DNA from: an uncultured Candidatus Binatia bacterium
Lineage (GTDB): Bacteria; Desulfobacterota; Binatia; Bin18
Assembly: GCA_965200965.1 (NCBI GenBank)
Contig: OZ241744.1
Span: 3,168,001 to 3,232,000 of the forward strand
Length of the DNA stretch: 64,000 nucleotides
Direction of reading: 5' to 3'
The position numbers were made by a program, and so were the translations under genes. Shown piece by piece: positions 1 through 9,536 of this stretch; the stretch's first letter is position 1, and each line of letters begins with the position of its first letter. The notes below the pieces were generated by a model, which was given only the letters and a program-made list of their open reading frames with translations, ran no database searches and was not told the origin of the DNA.

Positions 1-50
1 AGGCTGATCAGCAGTTCCAGCAGGGTAAAGCCGGCCGCCAGGCGTCTCAC
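1..50 (-). CDS. gspJ: Type II secretion pseudopilin GspJ-like, 5' end only (runs off window)
   Basis: Minus strand from GTG at 50 reads VRRLAAGFTLLELLIS, a prepilin G|FTLLE cleavage motif. It overlaps the gspI stop. Confidence 0.7.
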   Translation of the reverse strand, partial: MRRLAAGFTLLELLIS

Positions 51-541
51 GGCTCCGGCCCCCTGGCGGCGTCCGGGTCCAGGCCGGCCTCCGCCTCTTC
101 GGTGAAAGCGCGCAGTGAGCGCAGAACAAAGACTTTGGGCGCGAAAGATTCCTGCCACTCAACCCGCACCTCAATCTCTTTGAGATGCAGAAAATTCGTC
201 GGGCTCTCCTCCTCGGAGCGCAGGCGCTCATCAGCGTCGTCTGGAAGGCGTTCCCGGACCAGGACCTGCCAGCTATAGCCGTCGGGCAATTCCCCGGTCT
301 GCTCGCCGTTTTCAAGAACGGTCTGGGCAAAGAGCCGCTCCATGACCTGTTGTCCGTACAGTGCGGCCCTGGTGCGGGAGGAGGCCCTGCCGCCGAGCCG
401 TATGCTGCCGGCGAAGAGTTCCAGGACGGTCACGAGGCCAACCGCCAGGATCATCAGGGCGATCATGACTTCGAGCAGGGTAAAGCCGGCCCGGGCCGGC
501 GTCTGCCGAGTCCTGGCCGACGCACGGTGTGGCGTATCCAT
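47..541 (-). CDS. gspI: Type II secretion minor pseudopilin GspI-like
   Basis: AG|FTLLEVMIAL prepilin motif, hydrophobic helix, C-terminal LKEIEVRVEW. Lies between H-like and J-like genes. Confidence 0.8.
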   Translation of the reverse strand: MDTPHRASARTRQTPARAGFTLLEVMIALMILAVGLVTVLELFAGSIRLGGRASSRTRAALYGQQVMERLFAQTVLENGEQTGELPDGYSWQVLVRERLPDDADERLRSEEESPTNFLHLKEIEVRVEWQESFAPKVFVLRSLRAFTEEAEAGLDPDAARGPEP

Positions 542-543
542 CC

Positions 544-1023
544 TCAGTCTCTTTCGCGGTGGACGCTGACCGTGCCCAGGAGCGGGTCAAGGGCAACGAC
601 AAAGACCAGCCCGGGGCCGGCGTCTGGTCCAGTCCGGGCCGGCTCAATCCGGATTTCCCCCCCGGAATTTGTCCCGTCTGGATAAAAACGAAACTCCACC
701 TCGTCATCCTCGCCCAGCCACCGACCGGAGGCCGACAGCAGGCCGTCTCGGGGCGCGACCTCGATCACTGCGCCGCTGCCCTGGTGGCGGTAGGTGTTGC
801 TGCGCGGCTCCACCACAAAGACCTGCTGCTCGGCGCGCTGGACGGCATACAGCCGCATCAGGCCGAGCGCCGAGCGCAGCCGCCAAGCGGTCTGCTGGGG
901 GTCTCCCCGGCTCAAGCGCTGTCCGATCATCGGCACCACCAAGCCGACAGTGATGCTCAGAATCAGCACAACCAGGAGCAGTTCCAGAAAGCTGAATCCG
1001 GCGTGTTTCCACAGGGGGCGCAT
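544..1023 (-). CDS. gspH: Type II secretion minor pseudopilin GspH-like
   Basis: AG|FSFLELLLV prepilin motif and FRFYPDGTNSGGEI GspH/FimT motif. Start taken at ATG 1023. Confidence 0.8.
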   Translation of the reverse strand: MRPLWKHAGFSFLELLLVVLILSITVGLVVPMIGQRLSRGDPQQTAWRLRSALGLMRLYAVQRAEQQVFVVEPRSNTYRHQGSGAVIEVAPRDGLLSASGRWLGEDDEVEFRFYPDGTNSGGEIRIEPARTGPDAGPGLVFVVALDPLLGTVSVHRERD

Positions 1024-1099
1024 GGTACGGGGGCGTGTCCTGTTACCGCTTCGGGAGTGAGACACCCGGCGGTCCACCGCGAGCCAGGCGGGGGCAGCC

Positions 1100-1285
1100 T
1101 TACTCGTCTGCCGGGACGTTTTTGAGGGCCTGTATTTTGAAGACAATGACCAGGCCGGCCAAGCCGGTCGCCACCAGACAGCGGACCTCGCTGAGCGGTG
1201 CCGGCGAGGCCAGCAACTCTTGCCCACACACAAAAATCACGAGCGCCATCAGGCCGATCATGACCCGGTCCCAGAGTTTGCGCAT
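1100..1285 (-). CDS. Small membrane protein (61 aa, two hydrophobic segments)
   Basis: MRKLWDRVMIGLMALVIFV... with GGGGGA upstream; fills the intergenic gap in operon orientation. Confidence 0.55.
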   Translation of the reverse strand: MRKLWDRVMIGLMALVIFVCGQELLASPAPLSEVRCLVATGLAGLVIVFKIQALKNVPADE

Positions 1286-1351
1286 CGCTCGTCCCCCGCA
1301 GTGAATGATGACGACCTGCGGCGTCGGGCAGGCGGTCATCGCTCCCTCTGC

Positions 1352-2527
1352 CTAGCGGATCACCTCCGGCCGGCGGGTCAAATCTTTGGTGATATTTTTC
1401 TGATGGGCCTCCAGCGTCCCGCCGCCAATCTCCAGCAGCTTGGCGTCCCGCCACAAGCGTTCGACCACATATTCGCTGAAATAGCCGTAGCCGCCCAAGA
1501 CCTGCATGGCGTTGTCGGCCACCTGCTTGGCCATGCTGGTGGCAACGAGCTTGACGCCGTCCGAGTCGATCCGCTGGCCCGGGCTGTCGAGGCTCATGCG
1601 TGTGGCGGTGTGGTACACATAGGTGCGGGCGGCCATGTACTGGGCGTAGGAATCGGCAATATAGCGCTGGACCTGTCCAAAGGCGTTGATCGGCTCGCCG
1701 TAGGCCGTCCGTTCGCTGGCGTAGCGTGTCATGATTTCGACACACCGCCCGGCAATCCCGGTTGACATGGCGGCAATCGTGACCCGTTCGATTTCGAGGT
1801 TGCGCATCATGTGCAACAGGCTCTCGCCCTCTTGGCCGAGACGGTTCTCAACCGGCACCGCGCAGTCTTCAAACACCAGCTCGGCGGTCATCGAGGCCCG
1901 CATCCCGGTTTTGCCGTGCAGGCGTTGGCCGAGCGAAAAGCCGTGGAAGTCTTTCTCGACCACAAACGAACTCAGACCCCGGTCGGTTTTGGCGTAGACC
2001 AGGAAGATATCGCCGAGTGTCGTATCATTGAGGGCACCGTTGGTGATGAACATTTTGCGGCCGTTCAGGTAATAGCTATCCCCGCGCCGGACCGCCTGGG
2101 ACTTCATGCCCAGCACGTCCGTGCCGGCCGAGGGCTCAGTCATGCACATGCCGCCCACCCACTCGCCCGATATCACTTTATCGAGATAGCGCCGGCGCTG
2201 GGCGTCGTTGGCGTTGCGGCAAAAATTGTTCACAAACAGCATGGCGTGGGCCAGATAGGCCAGACACAAGCCCGGATCAACGGCCGACAGCTCTTCGTGG
2301 ACGATGACGGCCGCCACCGCGTCCATACCGGCCCCGCCGTAGCGCTCCGGCACCGATATCCCGAGCAGGCCCAAGTCGCCCAGCCGACGGAACAGACCGA
2401 GGTTGAAGCGCTCCTGTCTGTCCGTTTCGAGCGCCTGGGGTTCGACCTGTTCACGCGCAAAATCGCGCACCGTCTGGCGCAACAGGGCGTGCTCGTCGCT
2501 TGGCTGGAACAGGCGGTCGGTCTCCAT
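1352..2527 (-). CDS. Acyl-CoA dehydrogenase (isovaleryl-CoA dehydrogenase-like)
   Basis: MCMTEPSAGTD, LNGRKMFITNG, QVLGGYGY, RDAKLLEIGGGT motifs. Confidence 0.9.
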   Translation of the reverse strand: METDRLFQPSDEHALLRQTVRDFAREQVEPQALETDRQERFNLGLFRRLGDLGLLGISVPERYGGAGMDAVAAVIVHEELSAVDPGLCLAYLAHAMLFVNNFCRNANDAQRRRYLDKVISGEWVGGMCMTEPSAGTDVLGMKSQAVRRGDSYYLNGRKMFITNGALNDTTLGDIFLVYAKTDRGLSSFVVEKDFHGFSLGQRLHGKTGMRASMTAELVFEDCAVPVENRLGQEGESLLHMMRNLEIERVTIAAMSTGIAGRCVEIMTRYASERTAYGEPINAFGQVQRYIADSYAQYMAARTYVYHTATRMSLDSPGQRIDSDGVKLVATSMAKQVADNAMQVLGGYGYFSEYVVERLWRDAKLLEIGGGTLEAHQKNITKDLTRRPEVIR

Positions 2528-2553
2528 GCCACGCTCTTCTGCAACGGGCGGCT

Positions 2554-4023
2554 CTAGGCCGTCCCGGCAGCTCCAGTGCTGTCGGACAGAAACTGCTGGA
2601 CCTGCGGCTCAATGGCCGTGCCGGCAAAGAAGTCGGGGTTCATCCCCGTCCACAGGCGGACCGGATTGGTAAACACAAAGTCGCGGAAATCGTCCGGGCT
2701 GATAACGCCGTCCTCAACCCCTTCATACGCCTCGCCTAATACATCGGTCATATTCGGCACGTCAAAATGGCCGATGTCCGAGCCAAAGACCGCGTTCAGC
2801 TTCGCCCCCAACGGGTTCACCTGACGATTAAACGCCCAGGCGTTGACCGGATCATCGGCCTCGCAGCCAAAATAGAAATTCGACACAAACAAATCCCGGA
2901 TATCCTCGGCGCACCCAATCTGACACCGGGCAAAGTCGTCGAGTTCGTCGGGGCGGTCGGTCAACAGCCCGCGGCCGATGGCGGTGTGGAGCTCGCCGGC
3001 CTTCTCCACCACCCCGGCAGAGCCGTAGCGTTGGATCAGGTCAAGTAACAGTTCGTGGTTCAGGTTGGCCGGATCGACCTCTTCCAGCGCCCTGGGGTTG
3101 CGCTTGCTCCAGTGGCCAATCAGGTCGCTGTACAGGCTGCACGCCCAGCCAACCCCGCCCTCCAGAAAGGACAGGCGCAGACCCGGAAAGCGCCGGGTCA
3201 CTCCATTCAGAAAGAGGGACTTGCACACGGCTTCACTGGCCGCGGCAAAATGGCCGATGTGGTTATACACAAAGTTGGAGATTGAGGTCCGCAACCCGAT
3301 TCCTGACGAAGCCGAATGAAAACTGGGCGGGATGCCGAGTTCCACGCACTTGGCCCACACCGGGTCGTAATCGTGCTCGCTGTCCAGCCCCAGGGTATCG
3401 TGCCATTGGGCATAGCGGCTGGCCTCGGGCGTATTTTTGGCCACCGCGGGGACCGGTCGGCGCTGGAGGCTGGCCAGCATGGCCGCTTTGGTACCGAGGT
3501 TTTTGGCCACAAATTCCAACTCTTCAACCGCCTCTTGAGGCGTGTGCATGGGAATCACCGCGGCCGGGGTCAGCCGGTCCTCCAGGCCCTTGAACTGATC
3601 GGCCGTATACATGTTGAACGCTCGGCAGGCGGCCCGGCGGACCTCCTCGTCCCGCAGAAAGGGCGCAAACAAGGCCCCGCCGGTGGGGTACATGACCGAA
3701 AAATCCAGCCCCAACTCGTCCATCCGTTCGTACAGCAGTCCGGGCAGCATGGCTGTTGCCCGGTCGCGCGTGTTCCTGGTCGGCACGCCCCACCAGGCGG
3801 GTTGCAGCATCCGCCGCTCACGGCGGTCTTGGGGCGACATCCGGGCCCACTTTTTATTGCCGAACTGGTTGGCGACCTGCTGGTAACGTGCAACAATGTG
3901 CCCGCCGCCGACCTGGCGCAGATAGTCCAGGGCCGCGGGTTCAAACTCGATCCAGTGACCGTCAGAGTCAATCACCGGATGGCCCAGACGGGCGTGAATG
4001 CTTGCCGGAGATGGGTATGACAT
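2554..4023 (-). CDS. Amidohydrolase-2 family metallohydrolase
   Basis: IDSDGH metal motif, SFH, FLEGGVGW, FGSDIGHFD. Confidence 0.85.
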   Translation of the reverse strand: MSYPSPASIHARLGHPVIDSDGHWIEFEPAALDYLRQVGGGHIVARYQQVANQFGNKKWARMSPQDRRERRMLQPAWWGVPTRNTRDRATAMLPGLLYERMDELGLDFSVMYPTGGALFAPFLRDEEVRRAACRAFNMYTADQFKGLEDRLTPAAVIPMHTPQEAVEELEFVAKNLGTKAAMLASLQRRPVPAVAKNTPEASRYAQWHDTLGLDSEHDYDPVWAKCVELGIPPSFHSASSGIGLRTSISNFVYNHIGHFAAASEAVCKSLFLNGVTRRFPGLRLSFLEGGVGWACSLYSDLIGHWSKRNPRALEEVDPANLNHELLLDLIQRYGSAGVVEKAGELHTAIGRGLLTDRPDELDDFARCQIGCAEDIRDLFVSNFYFGCEADDPVNAWAFNRQVNPLGAKLNAVFGSDIGHFDVPNMTDVLGEAYEGVEDGVISPDDFRDFVFTNPVRLWTGMNPDFFAGTAIEPQVQQFLSDSTGAAGTA

Positions 4024-4142
4024 CGTGTTCGTCTCCTTGTGTCAGGGTGTGGACCGCGGCGCAGTCCGCCGGACCATCCTACTCGGCCCCGCCCCCGATT
4101 CCTAGACCCATGTCCGGGACCTGCGCCGGCAGACCGCTCAGG

Positions 4143-4193
4143 GAGGACGGAACGCGTCGCCTTCCGTTCAATCTGATGACACGTTCCGTCCTC
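4143..4193 (-). repeat. 51-bp palindromic element, copy 1 (overlaps the SLT gene stop codon)
   Basis: Minus strand GAGGACGGAACGTGTC-ATCAGATTGAACGGAAGGC-GACGCGTTCCGTCCTC; aligns without gaps to copies at 11500, 17161 and 21336. Confidence 0.9.
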
Positions 4194-4890
4194 AGGACAC
4201 CAGACAGACCCGCACGGGCGCGAGTTCGTGTTTATCTGAGGGTGGGGACAGCGGATAGTCGAGAACCGGATAGAAAGGAGTGTAGCCGGAGCGGATTTTA
4301 TCGGCTCGCTGCAACACCTGGCGGACATATCGCTGCGTCTCCCGATAGGGGTGGTAGTCCCGCTGTTTCAGACGGGTCGGCCCCATATTATAGGCGGCCA
4401 GAGCGGGCTCCATATCATCAAAGCGGGACAGCATGGTTTTGAGATAGGACAGCCCGCCGTACACCAGGACCGGCAAGGCGTGCTCAGACCGGGACAGGCC
4501 GACTTCCTCCAGGGCGACAGGTCTGATTTGCAGCGGTCCACGTCCGCCCCGCGGGCCGCGTTTCATCGGGTCTCGGGTGTCGCTCTCCTGAAGCAGGAGC
4601 GCAACGGCCAAGGTCTCGTCCAACTCCAGTTCCCGCGCCAGGCAGCGGGTATACTGCTCAAGGGTAGGCCCGCCCCGGGGGGTCTTGTCCACGGCCGGCG
4701 GCCTCACCTGTCCCGCCGCTACCGCCGGCGGCTTTTGGCTCGGCTCCGGCTCTTGGCCAGGAATCGGCGCGACGCGCGGTGGTGGCTGAAGGAGGAGGAA
4801 CGTGACACTCAACAGCGCGACAGCCAGGCAGCCGTAGCGGTAAGCCGGATGACTCGGAAAGGGGGAGGGGTCAGTGTTCATACGATACAT
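4192..4890 (-). CDS. Membrane-anchored lytic transglycosylase (SLT domain)
   Basis: N-terminal TM helix; LLQES catalytic Glu, GPLQI, ALAAYNMG, YRETQRYV. AAGGAG upstream of ATG 4890. Confidence 0.8.
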   Translation of the reverse strand: MYRMNTDPSPFPSHPAYRYGCLAVALLSVTFLLLQPPPRVAPIPGQEPEPSQKPPAVAAGQVRPPAVDKTPRGGPTLEQYTRCLARELELDETLAVALLLQESDTRDPMKRGPRGGRGPLQIRPVALEEVGLSRSEHALPVLVYGGLSYLKTMLSRFDDMEPALAAYNMGPTRLKQRDYHPYRETQRYVRQVLQRADKIRSGYTPFYPVLDYPLSPPSDKHELAPVRVCLVS

Positions 4891-5226
4891 TTCTCCTTGG
4901 GATGCAAGGTTTCTCAGCAGACGCAAGGCAACACGGCAGGGCTGGCGGATCGGCCGGTGTCGCTCAGCAGCGATGATAGACGGGGGGGGGTATTCCACCT
5001 GGATTGATTCGCGGTGACAAGTCCCGGCATGGGAGATGCCAGACTTGCGCGGGAGGGCTGATATGGCAGCATTTCACTATCCGCAGTCCGCGACGACAGA
5101 GGCACCGCTTGATCAGCTTGCCCAGCGGGCGATTCCTCTGGCTGCCGGCCTTCTCGCCAAGCGGCAGCACAACAGGTCGGCCCATAGTGCCAAAATTGCC
5201 CGCATGATGGAAGACCCCCTCGCCCT

Positions 5227-6945
5227 TCACTCCCGGGCCAGAGCAAAAACCCACAGCACACCGCCCTGCGGAACGTGGACCGTGCGGCCAAAGGCTTTAT
5301 CAAGCAACTCTTGTTTGCGCTGGGCGTCCACGCCCCAGCCGGACTGCACGGCGATATACTGGACGCCGTCAATCGCATAGCTGCTGGGCACGCCGGTCAC
5401 GCCCGAGTTGGTCCGCTGCCGCCACACCACCTCGCCGGTTCTGGCGTCAAAGGCGCGGAAGTAGCGGTCGTTGGTGCCGCCCGAGAACACCAGGCCGCCG
5501 CCGGTGGTCAGCACCGGTCCCCAGTTATGCGACCGAAAGGTTGTCGTCCAGACCCGCTTGCCGGTGTTCATGTCCCAGGCTTGCAGCTCGCCGATATGCG
5601 CCTTGGCGTCCTCGTGCGGGATGACTTCGATATCCGAGATTTTCAGACCGATGAACAGCTCGCCCGGCCGGTAGGTGGCCGGCTCGCCCCGCATGGCCCC
5701 ACACAGGTTTTCGTTGGCCGGGATGTACACATAGCCGGTCTTAGGGCTGTAGGCCGAGGGTGGCCAGTCTTTCCCGCCCCAGACCGAGGGGCAGAACTCG
5801 GCCCGTGTGCCGATATCGGGAATCCTGACCGGGTCGTACTCGGGCCGGCCGGTCGTGGGATCAAGCCGGGTGAACACGTTCTGGCGGACAAAGGGTTGAG
5901 CATCAACAAAGCTGATCTTGTCGGCGCTGCGCTCCAGCAGCCACAGATAGCCGTCGCGGCCGGCGTGGACCAGCCCTTTGAAGGCGCGGCCGTCCCGCTC
6001 CACATCGATCAGCAGCGGGGCGGACACCTCGTCCCAGTCCCAGGAACCGTTCCAGTGGTACTGGTGCCAGCCCTTGAGTTCACCGCTGTCGGCGTCCAGG
6101 GCGATGACCGAGGTGGCGTACAGATTATCGCCGGGGCGGGTGCTGCCCATGAACGGCCCGCCGTTGCCCGTCCCCCAGTAGGTCAGATTCGTCTCCGGGT
6201 CATAACTGCCGGTGATCCAGATCGACACCCCGCCGGTTTTCCAGGTGTCGCCGGCCCAGGTGTCGTGGCCGGGCTGGCCGGGACCCGGAATGGTATAGGT
6301 TTTCCACACCGACTCACCCGTCTCGGCGTCAAACGCCTGGATAAACCCCCGAATGCCCATCTCACCGCCGGACACGCCCACGACAACCTTGCCCTTCACA
6401 ACCAGGGGGGCCAGGGTCATGTAATAACCGGCCAGGTAATTCTCGACCTCGGTCTCCCACGCCACCGCCCCGGTCCTGGCGTCCAGGGCCACCAGATAGG
6501 CGTCCACCGTAGCGACATACACCTTGTCGCCATACAGGCCGACCCCTCTGTTGGTCGGGTGCAACTGGAACAGGTCCTCGGGCAGCTCACGGCGATAGCG
6601 CCAGAGCAGGTCGCCTTTTCTGGCGTCCAGAGCCAACACTTGGTTCTGGGGGGTGGTGATGAACATCACCCCGTTATTGACAATCGGCGGGGCCTGGTGG
6701 CCCTCATCAACCCCGGTCGAGAAGGTCCACACCGGCACCAGCTTGTTCACATTCCGGGGCGTGATCTGGTCCAGCCGACTGTAGCCCCAGCTGTCGTACG
6801 TCGCCCGGTACATCAGCCAGTTTTCCGGCTCGGGTGTGAGCAGCCGCTCGTTGGTGACCGGGCTGTAGTCAAGAGCCTCAGCGGCCGCGGAGCCGGGCAG
6901 CAGCCCGACGCTCAGCAGCATGATAAGAACGCGCAGTAGGGACAT
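5227..6945 (-). CDS. PQQ-dependent dehydrogenase, methanol/ethanol family, secreted
   Basis: Signal peptide, Trp-docking repeats (ALDARTG..W), GGEMGIRG, WGTGN, WDWDE, PSSYAIDGVQY. Confidence 0.9.
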   Translation of the reverse strand: MSLLRVLIMLLSVGLLPGSAAAEALDYSPVTNERLLTPEPENWLMYRATYDSWGYSRLDQITPRNVNKLVPVWTFSTGVDEGHQAPPIVNNGVMFITTPQNQVLALDARKGDLLWRYRRELPEDLFQLHPTNRGVGLYGDKVYVATVDAYLVALDARTGAVAWETEVENYLAGYYMTLAPLVVKGKVVVGVSGGEMGIRGFIQAFDAETGESVWKTYTIPGPGQPGHDTWAGDTWKTGGVSIWITGSYDPETNLTYWGTGNGGPFMGSTRPGDNLYATSVIALDADSGELKGWHQYHWNGSWDWDEVSAPLLIDVERDGRAFKGLVHAGRDGYLWLLERSADKISFVDAQPFVRQNVFTRLDPTTGRPEYDPVRIPDIGTRAEFCPSVWGGKDWPPSAYSPKTGYVYIPANENLCGAMRGEPATYRPGELFIGLKISDIEVIPHEDAKAHIGELQAWDMNTGKRVWTTTFRSHNWGPVLTTGGGLVFSGGTNDRYFRAFDARTGEVVWRQRTNSGVTGVPSSYAIDGVQYIAVQSGWGVDAQRKQELLDKAFGRTVHVPQGGVLWVFALARE

Positions 6946-6978
6946 GGCTATTTCCTTTTCTTGCCGGCGTCCGGCCGC

Positions 6979-8280
6979 TCAGCCTCCGACCGGCCTGAAC
7001 TCGATGTGCAGCTCCTTGAGCGCCCGCAGGGCGAAATTGGGAGCAACGCTGAAGTCGTTCTTGCCCGGCGCAAACCACATCTCCTCAACACGGTCGAGCA
7101 ACGCCTTGAAGGCCCAGTACAGCTCCCGCCGGGCGAGCGGCGCGCCCAGGCAGTGATGGACGCCGGAGCCAAACGCGAGGTGCCGGCCGGGCTTGTCACG
7201 CTCCAGGTCCAGCACCTTGGGGCGGTCGAACTCGCGCTCGTCGCGGTTGCCGGCGGCGTAGCGGATGTTCAGGATGGAGCCTTTGGGGATGGCGACGCCG
7301 TGCAACTCAAGGTCGGTGGCGGTCGTGCGGAAGAGGCCCTGCACTGGGCTTTCCAGGCGCAGGGCCTCTTCGACAAAGGTGCGCAGGTGTTTGTCCGGGT
7401 CGGCCTTGAGCATGTGCCAGGCGGTTGGGTTCTCAATGAGCAGCTTGACGCCAAAGCCAATGGCGTTGGTCGAGGTCTCGGAGCCGCCGACAAAGGTATC
7501 GGCCATCATTTCGGCGTGCAGCTCGTTGTCGCTCAGCGGCCGGCCCCACTCGGGGACGGTGCGGTTGACCAGCTCAGACAGCAGGGTGTCGTCCGGCTGT
7601 TGGCGCAGGCGCTCAAAGATGGGCTGAAAATAGTGCTGGGCCTCTATCTCCATCTCCACCGACCATTGTTCTTCCTCCTCGGTCTGCATCATGCCGAGAC
7701 GCTGCACCCAGGCGTCTGTCCAGGCCTTGATCTGCCAGATATCGGCTTCGGGCACGCCCATCTGCCGGCCGATGACGATCAGGGGCAGCGGCACGGCGAA
7801 CTGCCGCACCCAGTCGCAGGAGCCGTCATCAAGAAAACCGTCAATGAGCCGGCAGGCGGTCTGCTCAACAAAGGGGTCCATCTCGTTGATCCTGGCCGGC
7901 CGGAAGGCTTCGTTGAACATGGCCCGCATCTGGCGGTGGCCGGGGTCGTCGCGGCCGGCCAGGGTCTCGGCCGGCAGCCAGCCGTTTTCTTCGTACAGCT
8001 TGCGCATCCGCTCGGCGCGCTGCGGGTCAATCCGCTCGCGCCCCCCGCCCTGGCCGCCGCGCATCCCGTTGACAAAGCGTTCGGTGTCGAGCAGGACGCG
8101 GCGCACATCCTCAAAGCGGGTGATGACGTAGAAGCCGGTCAGCGGGTCTTTCCATACCGGGGCCTGGTCGCGCAGCTTTTGATAGGCGTGATACGGGCAG
8201 TTCTGCAAACCCGTATCCAGCAGCTTGATATCGTCGAGGGATTCGGGCCTGATTGGCTGGGAGGGCACTTGTTCAGTCAT
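6979..8280 (-). CDS. Cytochrome P450
   Basis: FGSGVHHCLG heme-Cys motif, EEALR (ExxR), I-helix GGSETS. Confidence 0.95.
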   Translation of the reverse strand: MTEQVPSQPIRPESLDDIKLLDTGLQNCPYHAYQKLRDQAPVWKDPLTGFYVITRFEDVRRVLLDTERFVNGMRGGQGGGRERIDPQRAERMRKLYEENGWLPAETLAGRDDPGHRQMRAMFNEAFRPARINEMDPFVEQTACRLIDGFLDDGSCDWVRQFAVPLPLIVIGRQMGVPEADIWQIKAWTDAWVQRLGMMQTEEEEQWSVEMEIEAQHYFQPIFERLRQQPDDTLLSELVNRTVPEWGRPLSDNELHAEMMADTFVGGSETSTNAIGFGVKLLIENPTAWHMLKADPDKHLRTFVEEALRLESPVQGLFRTTATDLELHGVAIPKGSILNIRYAAGNRDEREFDRPKVLDLERDKPGRHLAFGSGVHHCLGAPLARRELYWAFKALLDRVEEMWFAPGKNDFSVAPNFALRALKELHIEFRPVGG

Positions 8281-8292
8281 TTGGGGTCCTCA

Positions 8293-8892
8293 CTATTTCT
8301 TGCCGCCGACCCGGCCGCTGAACGGGCCGGCAACCCGCAGACTGCCGTTGACGACTTGCAGCGGCAGGGCCGGCAGCGGTTTGGGCGCGGGTCCGCCGTG
8401 AATCCGCGCCCGGTCTTTGGGGTCAAAGGCCGAGGAATGGCACGGACACACAAAATGCTGCTGTTCGGCGTCCCACTCGGAGATGTTGCAGCCGGTGTGG
8501 GTACACACCCCGGAATAGGCCACAATGCCGTCCACCGCGCCCGGCCGGGTCCTGACGCTCAGCTCTTCCGGGGCAAAGCGGACCAGGAGAATCTGGTTCA
8601 GGCGTGAGCGGTCGCGGGCGACTTGGGTTTGCGGGTCTCTGGGATAGGCCAGGACCGGCGGGCCGCCGAGCGGGATATCAGCCTGGGTAATCAGCCGTCC
8701 GTCGTTTTCCCAGAACGGATAGACCAACTCATCCCCGGCCCGGGGGCGGAGTTTTCTGGGGTCGTCCTTTTTCCTGGGAGCACCGGCCGCCCTGTCGGCC
8801 AGCGACAGGCTCGCCCCGGCCGCTCCCAGCAGCGACTTGAGCAGCGTCCGCCGGCTCAGGCTCCAGCCATGCGGACAACCGGCACAGTGCAT
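8293..8892 (-). CDS. Tat-exported Rieske [2Fe-2S] protein
   Basis: SRRTLLK twin-Arg signal; CTHTGC and CPCHSS Rieske boxes; GGPAPKPL. Confidence 0.9.
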   Translation of the reverse strand: MHCAGCPHGWSLSRRTLLKSLLGAAGASLSLADRAAGAPRKKDDPRKLRPRAGDELVYPFWENDGRLITQADIPLGGPPVLAYPRDPQTQVARDRSRLNQILLVRFAPEELSVRTRPGAVDGIVAYSGVCTHTGCNISEWDAEQQHFVCPCHSSAFDPKDRARIHGGPAPKPLPALPLQVVNGSLRVAGPFSGRVGGKK

Positions 8893-8963
8893 TGTCGGAG
8901 GCTCCTTTGCATCGGATTCTTTTACTGCCGGGGGCGAGCGGAGTCAATTGAGGCACGGGCCTG

Positions 8964-8993
8964 TTGACAGCCAGAAGCGCCCTCCGGTAGAAC
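8964..8993 (+). promoter_or_regulatory. Putative sigma70 promoter of tRNA-Leu
   Basis: TTGACA-18 nt-TAGAAC, 26 nt upstream of the tRNA. Confidence 0.55.
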
Positions 8994-9019
8994 AGCAGTC
9001 GGCCACAAGTTCCCAGTGT

Positions 9020-9103
9020 GCCGGGATGGCGGAATTGGTAGACGCAGTGGACTCAAAATCCACCGCTGGCGACAGCGTGCGAGTTCGAGCCTCGCTCCCG
9101 GCA
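9020..9103 (+). tRNA. tRNA-Leu (anticodon CAA)
   Basis: GCCGGGA/TCCCGGC acceptor stem, D-loop GGAATTGGTAGAC, anticodon arm GTGGA-CTCAAAA-TCCAC, long variable arm, GTTCGAG T-loop. CCA is not encoded. Confidence 0.97.
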
Positions 9104-9186
9104 GTCGCCCACTCCCCTATCCGCCTGCCTCTCCACACAAGCCCTGATATCTGTTACCTGTAAGGTAATGTAAAGCAGATACCAGG

Positions 9187-9522
9187 GTGGAAATCGTCTT
9201 TCGGACTACACGGCTCGCCAAAACGTTCAACTCTGCCAGCGCTCTCCAGGCGGCATACGGCGGCCGCATAGCGCCTGTTATTATGAAGCGTCTTGCAGTT
9301 CTCAAGAACGCCAGGACACTATTGCTGGTACCGACCAGCCGGCCGGAGCGACGCCATCAGCTTCGTGGTGGGCGGAGCGAGCAGTACGCCGTCGATCTCG
9401 TGCATCCCCACCGGCTGGTTTTCACACCAAACCATGAGCCGCTCCCACGCAGGGCGGATGGAGGGGTGGACACGGACCAGGTAACCGCAATTACCATTAT
9501 TGAAGTAGTGGACTACCACTGA
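9187..9522 (+). CDS. HigB/RelE-like toxin (plasmid-maintenance killer family)
   Basis: MEIVFRTTRL...RHQLRGGRSEQYAVDLVHPHRLVF...IIEVVDYH is typical of the family; toxin-first order. Confidence 0.8.
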   Translation: MEIVFRTTRLAKTFNSASALQAAYGGRIAPVIMKRLAVLKNARTLLLVPTSRPERRHQLRGGRSEQYAVDLVHPHRLVFTPNHEPLPRRADGGVDTDQVTAITIIEVVDYH

Positions 9523-9536
9523 AGGAGGGTAAGGAC

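Noticed and set aside
1028-1072. Possible fifth copy of the 51-bp palindrome (GTGTC...GACAC)
   Set aside because: Only the 5-bp core pairs; spacer length and outer arms do not match the consensus.
5275-8607. Long plus-strand ORFs (554 and 548 aa), and similar ones at 17178-18962, 39878-41257 and 53882-55180
   Set aside because: They are antisense shadows of well-supported genes, expected in high-GC DNA.
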